A stretch of DNA of 62,886 nucleotides, filler included, from Thraustochytrium aureum (lineage: Eukaryota), in NCBI GenBank assembly GCA_012862495.1. It is 4 parts of 2 records of this genome, joined end to end, with 100 filler letters (N's around TTAATTAATTAA, not from the genome) between each part and the next. Parts side by side here need not be neighbours in the genome. Positions count along the whole stretch, not along the records: positions 27,369 to 42,919 come from BLSG01000178.1; positions 43,020 to 57,856 come from BLSG01000179.1; 2 more parts are not named here. One strand, given 5' to 3'. This document shows positions 30,812-43,054 of this stretch, in pieces (position 1 is the stretch's first letter; every line of letters begins with the position of its first letter). The position numbers and the translations under genes were made by a program. The notes beneath the pieces were generated by a model. The model had not been told where the DNA came from. It did no database searches and saw nothing but the letters and a program-made list of their open reading frames with translations.

Positions 30812-32455
30812 CGTGGCGCAAGTGCCACTCTCCCCTCGCTCGCTCTCTTGCGGTCGACTTGCGGCGGGCGGTGTTGCTATGCGTTCGCTGCTTGCTCGCG
30901 ATTGTGGATTGTCGCGATTCTTGTTGTGGGAACTGATCGCTGGTTTGTGCTTTGCGTGTGTGATGCGCGTTGCTCGTTGCGGGTTTGAAATGTGCTCGAA
31001 CAAATCCGCCTGCCCAGACTGCACACAACGACGTCGAAACACGGCTTCGAGGAAGCGAGCGATCGGAGCTCGCTCTGTCACTCTACACCATCGGTGCACG
31101 GGAGCCCGCCCGCGCCCTGAATCCCTTTCCGCCGCAGCTCGTTCAATCCAGGCCCCGCCGTTCGTTCCAGGCCCGCTTCCCAAGCGCGTATTGGAACAGT
31201 GTGTTTCGGTGTCGCCTCGCACATCACGCGACGAATTCGGCCCTTTGCACAACCAGCAATCACACACGCAGCAGCCTCGCCGTTGCTGTAACCGCTGCGA
31301 TGCGTAACGATGCTCTTCACCCTCTTTCCAAGCCGTTTCAGCCCATGCGCGATCGATGGGGCGCGAGGCCCTATGGAGAGAAGGAAGTAGTGGCGCCTCC
31401 GCGCAGGAGGCCAGGGAGAAGGCAGATCTCGCGCAGTTCCTGCTCGGGTCTCTGCGCGAAGGCGCTGCCGAGCGCGTCTGTTTGGCCTGCCGGTCACCAA
31501 CCAGCCTGCGAGACTGCGCCTTTCAGCTTGCTTTCAGCGTGTGTTTTGGCCCCGCCCGCCGCTCGTAGACGCCTTCGATGCCGCGCGTCGTAGTTTCCGC
31601 ATCGATTGGCGAGCCGCGGTGCGCAATTACACCTGCAGCAGCGCGGTCGCGTGCAGGCAGGCAGACACGCGGGCTCGCCCTGATGGATGCAGGCGCCGCA
31701 GCACGTAGAGCAGGCCGTCGGGGCGCCGCCGCGGAGAATTGTTCTCGTTCGTCAGCAAGCGCGCGAGGGCTTCCTTCCCGCCACGCCAGCCGAACCACAG
31801 AGTTGCCCGCCCCAGGCGCTCAAGACTCGGCCGTCGCCGAGCTGCGCGAGATTCGCCTCGGTTCACTTGGCAAGCAAGCCCTTCGAGAGGGTCTCACACG
31901 TGCAGCGGGCAAACCGGCGAGGTCTTGACGCGAACATCGTGCGCTGCAAGGCTCCCCTCCCGCTCGTCCCCCCACGCGGCGACAGCACAGGCTGGGCCAC
32001 TGGCAGGGCATAGCACAGGAGCGGCGTCAAGAGAGCCGCCTGGAGAAAAGGCGGTTTACTTGATGCACTGCAACTGCACGGCGCCTTGTTCCTGGGCCTG
32101 GAAGTGGACAATGGACTGCGATAGGCGCCGCGGGAGAGCGAGAGCCTGCGTCGCTTGCATGGGCCCGGGAATGAGGGGCTGGCGTGCGAAGCGCGTAGCG
32201 CGTAGCGCACGCAGGTGGTGGACGAGGGAAGGGACGGGACTCGTCTCTGTAGCGGACCATTGACGGGCTTCCTGGGCTCTGACGCCCGCTCTGCGCCACG
32301 CGGCCCATGAACTCGTGGACCTCGTGGACCTGGCAACATGGCTGCATTCGTCTGCGCGCGGCAGGCGTTACGCCATCGCGGACCCTTCGTGCGCTCCCCC
32401 CGGCGCCTTGGAGCGAGAGCTTGCTGCTCGGAGCAGCGTCGAGCGGGATTTTTTC

Positions 32456-32501
<46 letters not shown>
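32456..32501. repeat. (CTTG)n microsatellite, ~11 copies
   Basis: Read directly. Confidence 0.95.
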
Positions 32502-35500
32502 AGCGCCGTGTCGGCTCGCACCGACGCCACGGGCGCGCCGTAGATAATCCATGACGAATGCCACCGGGCTCGCGTGGCCGACGGTGAAAGGCGTCGGTCG
32601 CTGAACACCGAATTCACCCTTTTTCTTTTTCTTCTTCCATCCTTTCTTTCTTTTGAAGCGCAAGAAGCAATACCACTGTTGGCCTACTACTGTATTTGGT
32701 ATTGCTTTCTTCCGTTCTTTTCCGTTCGTTTTTTAGTGATTCTTGAAAGAAAAGAAAAACGGTGAACTAAATAGTTCAGGTCACAGGCAGATGGGATCGG
32801 TCGCTCTCACCGAAACCATCCAAAACGTGCCCAGAATCGAGCACGCTGGGACGCCGCTCAAAGGTACTCTACTCTACTTACTGGGCAGGTTTTGGCTTCG
32901 AGTTGCGGTGGTCCATAGAGCGAGCTTCAGCACCGGAGGCCCTGAGAGCCGTGTCTGTCGAGGCGACAGTCTTGCGACGGCTGTTTGTAAAAGGCCTTTT
33001 CTTTCATTCAGTCGCGACAAGCAACACGTGCGTCGGTTCGCTGCTGTGCCGGCCGGCGAGCCGCGGTTGTGCAGCGCATGCCGTGGTAAGTTTCAGAAAC
33101 CTGAGGAGAACTTGCCGCGTTTGCTTCGACTTGCCTTCAGGTCGCTGCGGTTGCACATGCTTGCCTTCAGGGTGGCTGGCGAGCTGTCTCGAACTCGTGT
33201 GACCGGCTCGCACCTGCCTGCCAGCCAGCCAGGCACTGCAGGACGGCACCATCCAACGCGTTTCTTTTCAATGTGCTTTGATTTGCAACTAGGACATGCG
33301 AGGAGGAACGTTCGACGGCTGAACGAGTTTTTGACCACGATGGCAGCAACGCAGAGCTGCGGAACACAAGAAAACTATTCCGTCGCAGATGCGCCGGCTG
33401 TCAGCTTCGTCGCTGGCTTCGTCGCTCTCGGGCAGCAGCAGCATCGAGTCCGCGCCAGGAAATCCCCGTAATGCCCCCGCCGGAGCGCAAGCAAGCTACG
33501 TGGCCCGTTCTTGAACCCTGCAACCACGAGGGAGCGCCTCGGGAGAGCGAGCTCGAGTCTATGGCGACACCAAAGTCTCACGCCCCAACCAAGGAGGATC
33601 CCCGTGCGGTGACCAGCCGCCAGCGTGGCGTTGGGCTTTCTTTCCTTCGAAGTGGCTCGGCTTGCATTGCCCGCCAAACCTGAGATGAACAAAAAAGTGG
33701 AACGATCCACTGCCGAGTCGTGTTGGCTCGTGTGCTACGAGCGTCTCGCGGCTTCNNNNNNNNNNNNNNNNNNNNNNNNNNNNNNNNNNNNNNNNNNNNN
33801 NNNNNNNNNNNNNNNNNNNNNNNNNNNNNNNNNNNNNNNNNNNNNNNNNNNNNNNNNNNNNNNNNNNNNNNNNNNNNNNNNNNNNNNNNNNNNNNNNNNN
33901 NNNNNNNNNNNNNNNNCGTGCTCCCCCTTGCTCCCCCTTAGACAGACAGACACAGGTGTCGGAGTCCGAGTACCCCGGTGGTTGGTGCATGTGCAAGGAA
34001 TGACGGCGAATTGACGGCGGTGGCATTCGTTTGGCCCTTCTTACCGCTGGCCAAGTGGCATGGAGCATGCATGATGGAGCAACAGAGTAAGGCACTCACC
34101 GCGCTTGCCAACAATGGCAAGTGGCAAGTGGCAAGTGGCTCGGCCCGCGCCACGTTCTCGCCTGTTTTCTCCATCGAGCGCGCAAATCGATCGTCGAAGG
34201 AGGAGGAAGAACGGTCTCCCCATGGCCTCGCCGTTACAGAGTGCCGGTAACGCCGATACGATCGTGCTGTCAATGTGCCGGGGGGCGAGTGCATTCGCAC
34301 ACCCTCGCTCGGTGCAGGACCAGCGTCGACATGCACTGGCAATGCACCGCCAGAGATTCCCTGCGGGGTGTGCTCGACCACGTCGTTGCGGTCGCACAAT
34401 CTCATGCGCGCTCTGCACAAAGCTGTCCCACGGAGGCGGACGCCTGCTGCTTTCTTTGCATGCTTGCGTGGGAGTGCGCCACCAAGGCGCCACTGCCTGC
34501 CGGCCCACTGCACGCGGATGGCAGTGAGTTGGTCCCAAGTCGCACGATCATGACATGGCTCGCGCGAGTGAGACATAGCCTTCAAAGGCGGTGCGACTGC
34601 GCAACATTGACGCAGCAGCAGGAGTGGAAGGTGTGTGGCGCGCCACCTGTAGTTCCCTTCTAGGATTCGAGGTGGTCCCGGGATTCCATTCCGGACCAGT
34701 GCATGCCAATTGGCTCGAGTTGGTGTTTGGAAGTGCAAAACTCGCCGGTTGATCGCTGGCTGGGCCATGATGGTGAGTGCAAAGTGACCGTACTCGACGG
34801 GAAATGCACTGCTTGCCATTCAATTAGTGTCGTCCGACGCAGCGGTGGCGCTCGGAAAGAGCTGTCGATGCATGCCGAGATGAGAAACTCACCGGGCGCA
34901 ACCGCGCGGCTTGGGCTTTGATCTCGAGGTAAACACTCCTTGGTAAAAGTGAGTGCTCTTGCCGAGCTCTTGCCGGTGATTTGCTGGAGGTTCTGCAGCA
35001 GGTCGTGAATAATAGATGAGCACCTCGGTCTCACTTGGGGAATCCGACTCGGTCACCACCAGCCGCCTGTGCATTGGTCCTCAAAAAGCGCCGATGGGCT
35101 CCGCTGTTTCGTTTGTTTGACCATTTGCGCGGCGCTATGCGTGAGCGATGGCGCCGAGCGCGACAAGCGCCAGCTCCTAGCCCAGCGCACGGCAAGAGCG
35201 AGCGTGCATCGCGCGTCGACCCAACGGCCCCGTCCTGCGACTTCAAACACATCAGCAGCCGAGGCTCCATTCGTCCCGTTGACCAGCCGTCCCTGCGCCA
35301 AAGCCAACCGCAACACATCGCCAACCAGCCAGCCAGCCGGCTGCGTCCGCCGACATGTGAAACACGCCGACGCCAAATCACATCCGCTGCCCGCACGCAC
35401 GTTCGAACTGGCAGCCAAGCCAATCCATGTGTCAGGCATCTGGGCACGCAGGCATCTGGGCACGCAGCCATTCGGGCACGCAGACATGCACGCGTTCACG

Positions 35501-35770
35501 CGCGCTCGGGCGGGATGTGGCAGGATGGCAGCCGAGTATCCGAGCCCGTCGCCGGTTTTTTTTGACTTTTTTTTTGATTGACTTGCGTTTTTTGAAATTG
35601 AAGCGACAAGCAGACTCGACACGGGGAGGAAGGACGCGGCGAAGCGGCGGCGTGGGCACCGCGCTGTGGCACTCGGCAGGCGCTCGGCGGGTCAGGGCGT
35701 CGCGCGTTGGACCTGTATTGCGCACTGCGCAGCTTTGCCTTTGGTTTTTTTTTCGTGCAAGCTCGGCAGC

Positions 35771-36722
35771 ATGGGCCTCGTCAACCTTGATGGGGTCGAC
35801 GAGTACGACCACGAGCTCGTTGCGCCCCCGGCAAAGCAGACCGGGGCGAAGCGGCCTGGGGCGGACGGGGGGGGCGAGGCGGACAAGGACCTGGTCGTGA
35901 AGAAGAAGAAGAGGGCCCTGGGGATCTCCGGGCTACGGCGCGAGGACCTGTTTCACGAAACCAAAGGGCTGAAAGCAATCAAGAGGTCGTTCGAGGCGTT
36001 CAAAACGCGCGGCAAGGGCCACGAACTAGCGGACCTGAATAGGCTGCTTCGCAAGTACCAGCTATGGGCGGTGCAGATGGCGCCGCACCTTACGCTGGCA
36101 GAGACCATCGAGGGCATGGACCGGAGCACCTCGCAGCTCAAGAAAACCGACGTACAAGTGTACATGCACGACCTCCGGGACGAAGAGTGTCGCCGCCTTT
36201 CGAGCTCTCGCTCCCAGCGCAAAGCAAGGGCGACCGGCCTGCACCGCAAGACGACGCCGTGTCCGTGGCCTCTAGCGACAGCGGGGGCTCGGCCGCCGCC
36301 GCTGAGACCGCCCCACCGGCAAAGAAGCGCGCACAGCGCTCTGCAAGCCCCAGAGCGCGTCGGAAAGCGACTCGGACGGTGCCGAGAGCAGCTCCAGCCG
36401 CAAAAGGCCTGCTGGCGCCGAGCAGGCCCTGGCGCGCCCTAGTGCTGCGGCCGAAACGACAACTGCGGGGCCCCGCGATGCGCCGACAGACAACGGTGAC
36501 GCGACCAAAGGCGAGGAGAAGCGGCGGCCAAAGATCGCTGCGGCGAGGGCCGTCGTCGATAGCGACTCGGACTCGGATAATGAGGAAACGCAAAGCCTCG
36601 GCTCCACGAGCAAGGCCGCTGGCGGCACCCAAAGCGCTGACGCGAACCAGCGCTCGCAGACTGACGACGCCCGCAAACGCCCACAGCGCGTCGTGGACAG
36701 CAGCGACGAGGAAGAACTGTAA
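35771..36722 (+). CDS. TIPIN: TIMELESS-interacting protein / Swi3 / Csm3 (two apparent frameshifts in the disordered tail)
   Basis: Swi3 domain KGLKAI...FKTRGKGHELADLNRLLRKYQLWA..MAPHL. Acidic tail ends DSSDEEEL-stop at 36722. Confidence 0.85.
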
Positions 36723-36761
36723 GCAACTTCTAACTCTAGAGTTCAGTTCGGACAAAGGCGT

Positions 36762-38575
36762 CTAGTAATCACGGTCGGTTGCGAACGGGGTGCTCAAATA
36801 CGGCGCAGAGCTCGTCATGGAGCTGCGCCCGGTCTCGAGCCGGCCAGTCTCAAGCCGGCTTGTTTCGTACCTCGCCGACTCGAACCGCGCTGACTCGTAC
36901 CGCGATGAGGAAGAGCCGAGAGGGTGGTTGTCAAGGGTCTCTCTGTCGTTCCACTCGAGGATTTTGCCGTTGCCCTGCTGCATCTTGTCCGAGACGCCGC
37001 GCACGGCAGCCTTGATCGAGTCCCCACAGGTCGTGCGGGGCTTGGCCGGCATCGTCTTGTCCGTCCAGCGCGCCTTCCAGAGGTGCTCTTCACAAGCCGC
37101 AGAGCGAGCCGAGTCTTGTCGTGCTGCTCCGGCGCGCGGCCGGCCGCCTCGGCGCTTGCGACCAGCGCCGACTTTCTTGGTCGTCCCTTCTGCAGCATCC
37201 ACGTCGTGCGGGGTGTGGTGGTGCGCCAAAAGTCCGAGACTCGCGCCGGGCTCGCCGCTTTGACCTCGGTGTGCAGAGCGCGGCATCCGAGAAACTGGCC
37301 TTTGAGCTCCATGTTGCGCACCGCCTCTGTGGCGGGCTCGGCGCCCTCGAGCTTGCTAAAATAGTCTGCTGTCCGTCGGTTCAGTTGAGAAAACGTTATC
37401 CCACTCTCGCGAGGCGAAGCCTGGTACAGCTCGCGCACAGTTTCAGCAGAGACCTGAACATCGTGGTCGCTTAGGAACTTGGCCACCTCCGGGAAGGTGA
37501 GCTTTGTTCTGACATAGACCTCGCTGCCTTCCGCAGCGCCGTGACTTGCCCCGCTCTCGTCGATGGGCTCCATCCGCTTGTTGAACTGTTGCTGCAGCTT
37601 TTTCCGCCCGTGCTCCAGCAACGCATGCACCCGATTGCGCTGTCGGTACTCGTTGCGCTGCTCTTGCGACATGGACTGGAACGAGGCGGGCTTGACTTTG
37701 GCCAGGTCTTTGCTTGATGTGGGCTTCGGGGCCGCGTCGCGGTTCAGGATCGGCCGGTGCTCCTCGGGGATGAACGTCTTGCTGCGGTCCAGCCGCTTGA
37801 ACGCTTCGCGGAACTGGAGATAGTTCATTTCGCTCGACCCGTTGGCGGCGTTGTCGTTGCCCACTTCGAACAGCTTGGCGGCTTCCTGCTTGTCCACCCC
37901 GAACGAGTCGCACATCGTTCGCACAAAGTCGGCTTTGGCGACAAAACCAAACTCGTCCGGTGAGCACTTGCGAAAGAGCCCCATCACCTTTTGCGCTTGC
38001 TCATTCGGCCCACGGCAGCGCGCCGACAGCCTGTCGAGCACCTTGAGCTGCGAGCTTAGCACGGCTTTCTGGTCCTTGGCGAGCTCCTCACTCCTCCTGA
38101 TGTCTGAGATGATCACGTCTTGCCCGGGCCTCGCGCCGGCGGCACGGCTTTTGGCGCCTCCGCTCTTGCCGGATTGTAGGCGGGAAAACTCGCGAGCTTG
38201 CTCTGGCGTCTTGCCGTGGCCGATGCCGTCCAAGTTGAGGTACAGCCGTGCAGTGGCGGGGGCTTGATATATTTGAACGACCGCGCCGAGTCGCCGCCTC
38301 TTGGCGTTGGTCTCCACGAGTCGAGCTGTCGCACGCTCTCCACTTCCCCGCTGGCGGCGGCCGCTGCTGGCGGCGCCATTCCTGCGCAGGCCCGGTTGCG
38401 GCTGCGCAACTGGTTTTACGCCAGTTCGCGACGCCCGAAGCAACCAAAAGGCAAGAAAAGCGTCGACGCAGCCTGCGCAGATCCTGCCTGACTTTTCGCA
38501 CGCAACTTGGCGCGCGGACCGTGCCTGCCCGCAGCACGGCTCTCGACGTCCAAGCCGCGTAGAAAACCAAACCAC
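36762..38575 (-). CDS. EF-hand-like domain protein (5' end unresolved; apparent frameshift near 37100-37200)
   Basis: LFRKCSPDEFGFVAKADF and GSSEMNYLQF degenerate EF-hands. The C-terminus continues in the 36762-37286 frame. Confidence 0.55.
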
Positions 38576-39164
38576 AAACCGAGGCTTCTTGCGGCAAGAC
38601 GCAAGCCTCGCGTGCGGTCAACGCGGCTTGAAAGCCTTTCGCACGAGCTGAGGAGCAAGACCTGCAGGCAGATACTCGCCCCCAGACGAGCCGGACCTGC
38701 TCGCGCCGCCGCGCTTGGTGGCTGCGTGCTGCCGCGATTGATTGGTGCATGCTGGAGGCATCGTTTTTGTCGGGGAGCCGTAACGGATAGGTTCGAGAGA
38801 GAACATGGAGAACCACCTTGCGGCTGTGGTTGCTGCCGTGCAGCGTGCGGCGAACGTGCGCTGGCGGCAGGCGGCTCGCGAGCGCGCTGCCTCGGGTGCT
38901 GCGTTGCGCTTGCCTTGCGTGCTGCGGTGCGTTGGGTGCTGCGTTTTGTGGTTTTTCAATTTCTCTATGTGTTAGGGGCTCGGACACGGCTGCATGCAGC
39001 GTGGGGTCCCACAGGTACGTACGAATCTCTTCCAGTCCTTCAATCCTTTCCTTCTCTCTCTCGTCCGCACTGACGAGGCAGCAAGTCAGATGACAGTCAG
39101 ACAGCTCGGCGTCACGCGAGGCGAGCGAAGCGCCGGCCGTCAGCAGGAGGCGGCCCGGCAGCGC

Positions 39165-39605
39165 TCACTCCCACTCGATGGTGGCCGGCGGCTTGCTGGA
39201 GATGTCGTAGACAACGCGGTTGATGCCTTTGACCTCGTTGATGATGCGGTTCGAGATGAGGCCCAGCGTGGCGTAGTCCATGTGGTACCAGTCCGCGGTC
39301 ATAAAGTCGGAGGAAGTGACACAGCGCAGCGCGGCAACGTTTTCGTACGTCCGGCCATCGCCCATGACGCCGACCGAGTTTACGGGGAGGAGCACAACAA
39401 AGGCCTGTGCGATGTCGTCGTAGATGCCCGCTTTGCGGATCTCGGAGATGGCAATGTCGTCCGCGAGGCGCAGGCGGTCGCAGCGCTCCTTGGTGACCTC
39501 GCCGAGGACGCGGATGGCGAGGCCGGGGCCCGGGAACGGGTGGCGCCAGACCGACTCGCGCTCGAGGCCGAGCGCCATGCCGAGCTCGCGCACCTCGTCC
39601 TTGAA
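39165..39605 (-). CDS. GMPS: GMP synthase, C-terminal part (rest in gap)
   Basis: [39 protein letters not shown] and [18 protein letters not shown]. Confidence 0.97.
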   Translation of the reverse strand, partial: FKDEVRELGMALGLERESVWRHPFPGPGLAIRVLGEVTKERCDRLRLADDIAISEIRKAGIYDDIAQAFVVLLPVNSVGVMGDGRTYENVAALRCVTSSDFMTADWYHMDYATLGLISNRIINEVKGINRVVYDISSKPPATIEWE

Positions 39606-41680
39606 NNNNNNNNNNNNNNNNNNNNNNNNNNNNNNNNNNNNNNNNNNNNNNNNNNNNNNNNNNNNNNNNNNNNNNNNNNNNNNNNNNNNNNNNNNNNNNN
39701 NNNNNNNNNNNNNNNNNNNNNNNNNNNNNNNNNNNNNNNNNNNNNNNNNNNNNNNNNNNNNNNNNNNNNNNNNNNNNNNNNNNNNNNNNNNNNNNNNNNN
39801 NNNNNNNNNNNNNNNNNNNNNNNNNNNNNNNNNNNNNNNNNNNNNNNNNNNNNNNNNNNNNNNNNNNNNNNNNNNNNNNNNNNNNNNNNNNNNNNNNNNN
39901 NNNNNNNNNNNNNNNNNNNNNNNNNNNNNNNNNNNNNNNNNNNNNNNNNNNNNNNNNNNNNNNNNNNNNNNNNNNNNNNNNNNNNNNNNNNNNNNNNNNN
40001 NNNNNNNNNNNNNNNNNNNNNNNNNNNNNNNNNNNNNNNNNNNNNNNNNNNNNNNNNNNNNNNNNNNNNNNNNNNNNNNNNNNNNNNNNNNNNNNNNNNN
40101 NNNNNNNNNNNNNNNNNNNNNNNNNNNNNNNNNNNNNNNNNNNNNNNNNNNNNNNNNNNNNNNNNNNNNNNNNNNNNNNNNNNNNNNNNNNNNNNNNNNN
40201 NNNNNNNNNNNNNNNNNNNNNNNNNNNNNNNNNNNNNNNNNNNNNNNNNNNNNNNNNNNNNNNNNNNNNNNNNNNNNNNNNNNNNNNNNNNNNAGGCCGA
40301 AACGCGCCAATCCAGCCCGCCCAAAGCCCGGCCCGAACCTGCAAACAAAGGCGACAGAACCCTGCCAGCAGCCGCACACCCGCGCGCATACCTACCTACC
40401 TGTCCTCCCGCGCCCGCGCCCGCCGCTCCGTTGCGCGTCTGCTGGCCTCGCGCGCGGCCTCCGCCGCTCGACCGTTTAAAGGCTGCCTGCGAGATCTAAA
40501 GCTTGTCCCATTATCTAAATTGGCGACGCTGATTAAGTTGCGCTGCGCGGTGCCTTAGACTGCGCCGCCCGATTGCGTACCTTGTGAATAAGTGAAGGTG
40601 GTCAAGGGGGTTAACTTTCTGGCGGCGACTGTGTTAAACTACGCGGCCCGAGGTCGTTGCTTCCGGTTGTTGTTTGCAGATCCTGTTCATTAACTTGGGG
40701 CTGGGAGACGTGTTAAAATACGCCGCCAAGAACCTTTTGGGAATGCTAACGTGAAGGGCGGCGCTAGTTAAGTTTGGCGAGTCCCGCTGCCCTCTGGGAG
40801 GTAGGCGTTGGCCGGCCGGGTTGAGCTCCACGCGGCCACCGTCGTGCGTGGCTGCGGCGGTGCCCTCGGGATGGAGGACGATGTTGTTGAAGGCGACCAA
40901 CATGCTTTAGAAGCAAAGTGCGTTTTGCTGTGTTGAGTTTTGCTTTGGATCTGGAATTGGTTTTTCGAGGAAGCTGTAGAGATTGTGTTCAGCCCTGCCT
41001 CGCGGGTCCTGTCGATTGAGCGAGTGAATCATGCGCCTTGGCCAGCTGCGCGAGGTGCTGTGGCGGTCGTGCGGCGCGCTCGGTAACCGCGCGCGTGCGA
41101 CGAGTCGTTCCAACTGTGCCGAGTTTGTCGACGCTCAGATTTGCGTTCTGGGCGTCCTCGACGGTCATGTCGCCCAGCGCGCGCGACGGACGGACGGGCG
41201 GGGACGCGCACGCATCCTCATAGGTCCCACGCACGTATTTTAAAAGTACTCGAGAATATGTGCAAGAAGCGCCGCAGACGAGCGACCGGGCAGAGTCAAG
41301 TCCGCGCCGCGGCCCAGCCCGCGCGCTGCCACGCGAGGCTGCCGCGCAGAGCGCGCCAAGCCCGCCGAGCGAATTGCGCATCGCCCCTTCCGCGCCCGGT
41401 CTCTGCGTCCAGAGCTGGCCAGCCCACGATGATGCGGGACGGAGGCTCGAAGTAGTACCCAACATCATGACGTGCAAGAACTCGTTGAGCGAGCAAAACC
41501 CAAGCGTCCAAGCGTGATGGCATGGACGACGGAGGGCGTCCAGGCGAACAAAACAACGTACGTCTCTGCACGTCGAGGCCAAGCGCGAGGCTGCCAGTGA
41601 GTTGATTGAGCGTCCATCATGGCCGCCTGACGCCGGCAGAGCTGCATTCGTATCTGCCGGCGCCTGCGGCAGATGTGCGC

Positions 41681-42919
41681 ATGGCGGCCTCNNNNNNNNN
41701 NNNNNNNNNNNNNNNNNNNNNNNNNNNNNNNNNNNNNNNNNNNNNNNNNNNNNNNNNNNNNNNNNNNNNNNNNNNNNNNNNNNNNNNNNNNNNNNNNNNN
41801 NNNNNNNNNNNNNNNNNNNNNNNNNNNNNNNNNNNNNNNNNNNNNNNNNNNNNNNNNNNNNNNNNNNNNNNNNNNNNNNNNNNNNNNNNNNNNNNNNNNN
41901 NNNNNNNNNNNNNNNNNNNNNNNNNNNNNNNNNNNNNNNNNNNNNNNNNNNNNNNNNNNNNNNNNNNNNNNNNNNNNNNNNNNNNNNNNNNNNNNNNNNN
42001 NNNNNNNNNNNNNNNNNNNNNNNNNNNNNNNNNNNNNNNNCGCTTGGGCGAGGGAAGGTTTGTGGCTGAGCTCGGCGTCGGGTTTGGCGCGTTCCATGAG
42101 CGGTACAAGTCGCGCGTCTCATGCGATCGCGAGCGGCGCCAAGTAACCGCCAGCGCGGAGGACTCGGTCCTCTTCAAGATGCTGCGCAACTCGTGGCAGT
42201 TCGAGGAGCGGCCGTTGGACCCTGGGTCGTGCTTGCTGCGCTTCCGCCTTGACTTCAAGTTCAACTCGAGTCTGCACAACAGCGTGGCCGACATGTTTTT
42301 CGAGCGCGTGAGCAGGTCGATGGTGGACGCATTCCTCGAGCGCTGTCGGGCCACGGAACGCGAGTACCTCGCGCGCGAGGCGCTCGCTGCGCGGCGCCGG
42401 GCAGAGCGGGCTCGGTCCCAACAGGAGGCAGCCGTCGCGGCGCGTTTGCGGCGCGACGAAGGGCGTGGGGAAGACGTGCTCCTCGGCGAGCTGGAGACGC
42501 TCTCGCACTTTAGCGTGCGCGAGCTAGAGCGGATCAAGGCCAACTTTGACTCGACCGCGCAGCGGGGCCGCGGCTTGACGGTGGGCGCCTTCCGCGACCT
42601 GTTCGCCCAGCTGTTTCGCGGCTCGCCGTACAGCCGGCAGGAGGTGGACCGTTGCGCCAAGTTTGTGTTTGCCGCCCTCGACTTGAACCGGGACGGGGCC
42701 CTCAGCCTGCGCGAGTTTGTCGCGGGCCTTTCGACGGTCGGTCGTGGGTCCCCAGCGGAGCGATGCCGGTTTTGGTTTCGTTGCTACGACAAGGACGCGG
42801 ACGGCCTCGTGAGCCGCGCCGAGCTGTACGAGATGATCTACTCTTCCATCGCGGTGCGCAACGCGCTGCTCGAGTCGGGGATGGCTAGCAAGCGTGGCGA
42901 CAAGGGATTTCGTATTGAG
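41681..42919 (+). CDS. COQ10-like START domain fused to NCS/calcineurin-B-like EF-hands (gap inside, 3' partial)
   Basis: AELGVGFGAFHERYKSRV...LFKMLRNSWQF...DFKFNSSLH...MVDAFLERC, then DLNRDGALSLREF and DKDADGLVSRAEL in one frame from 42041. The ATG at 41681 is a tentative start. Confidence 0.8.
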
Positions 42920-42963
42920 NNNNNNNNNNNNNNNNNNNNNNNNNNNNNNNNNNNNNNNNNNNN

Positions 42964-42975
42964 TTAATTAATTAA
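42964..42975. other. Artificial contig linker TTAATTAATTAA
   Basis: Same spacer flanked by N runs. Confidence 0.9.
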
Positions 42976-43054
42976 NNNNNNNNNNNNNNNNNNNNNNNNN
43001 NNNNNNNNNNNNNNNNNNNCCCAAACCACTCGAGCATCCCGCCGGGGCGCCGCG

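Noticed and set aside
40634..41571. Possible spliced minus-strand gene between GMP synthase and the COQ10 fusion
   Set aside because: Short protein-like fragments only, with no recognisable family or defensible exon structure.
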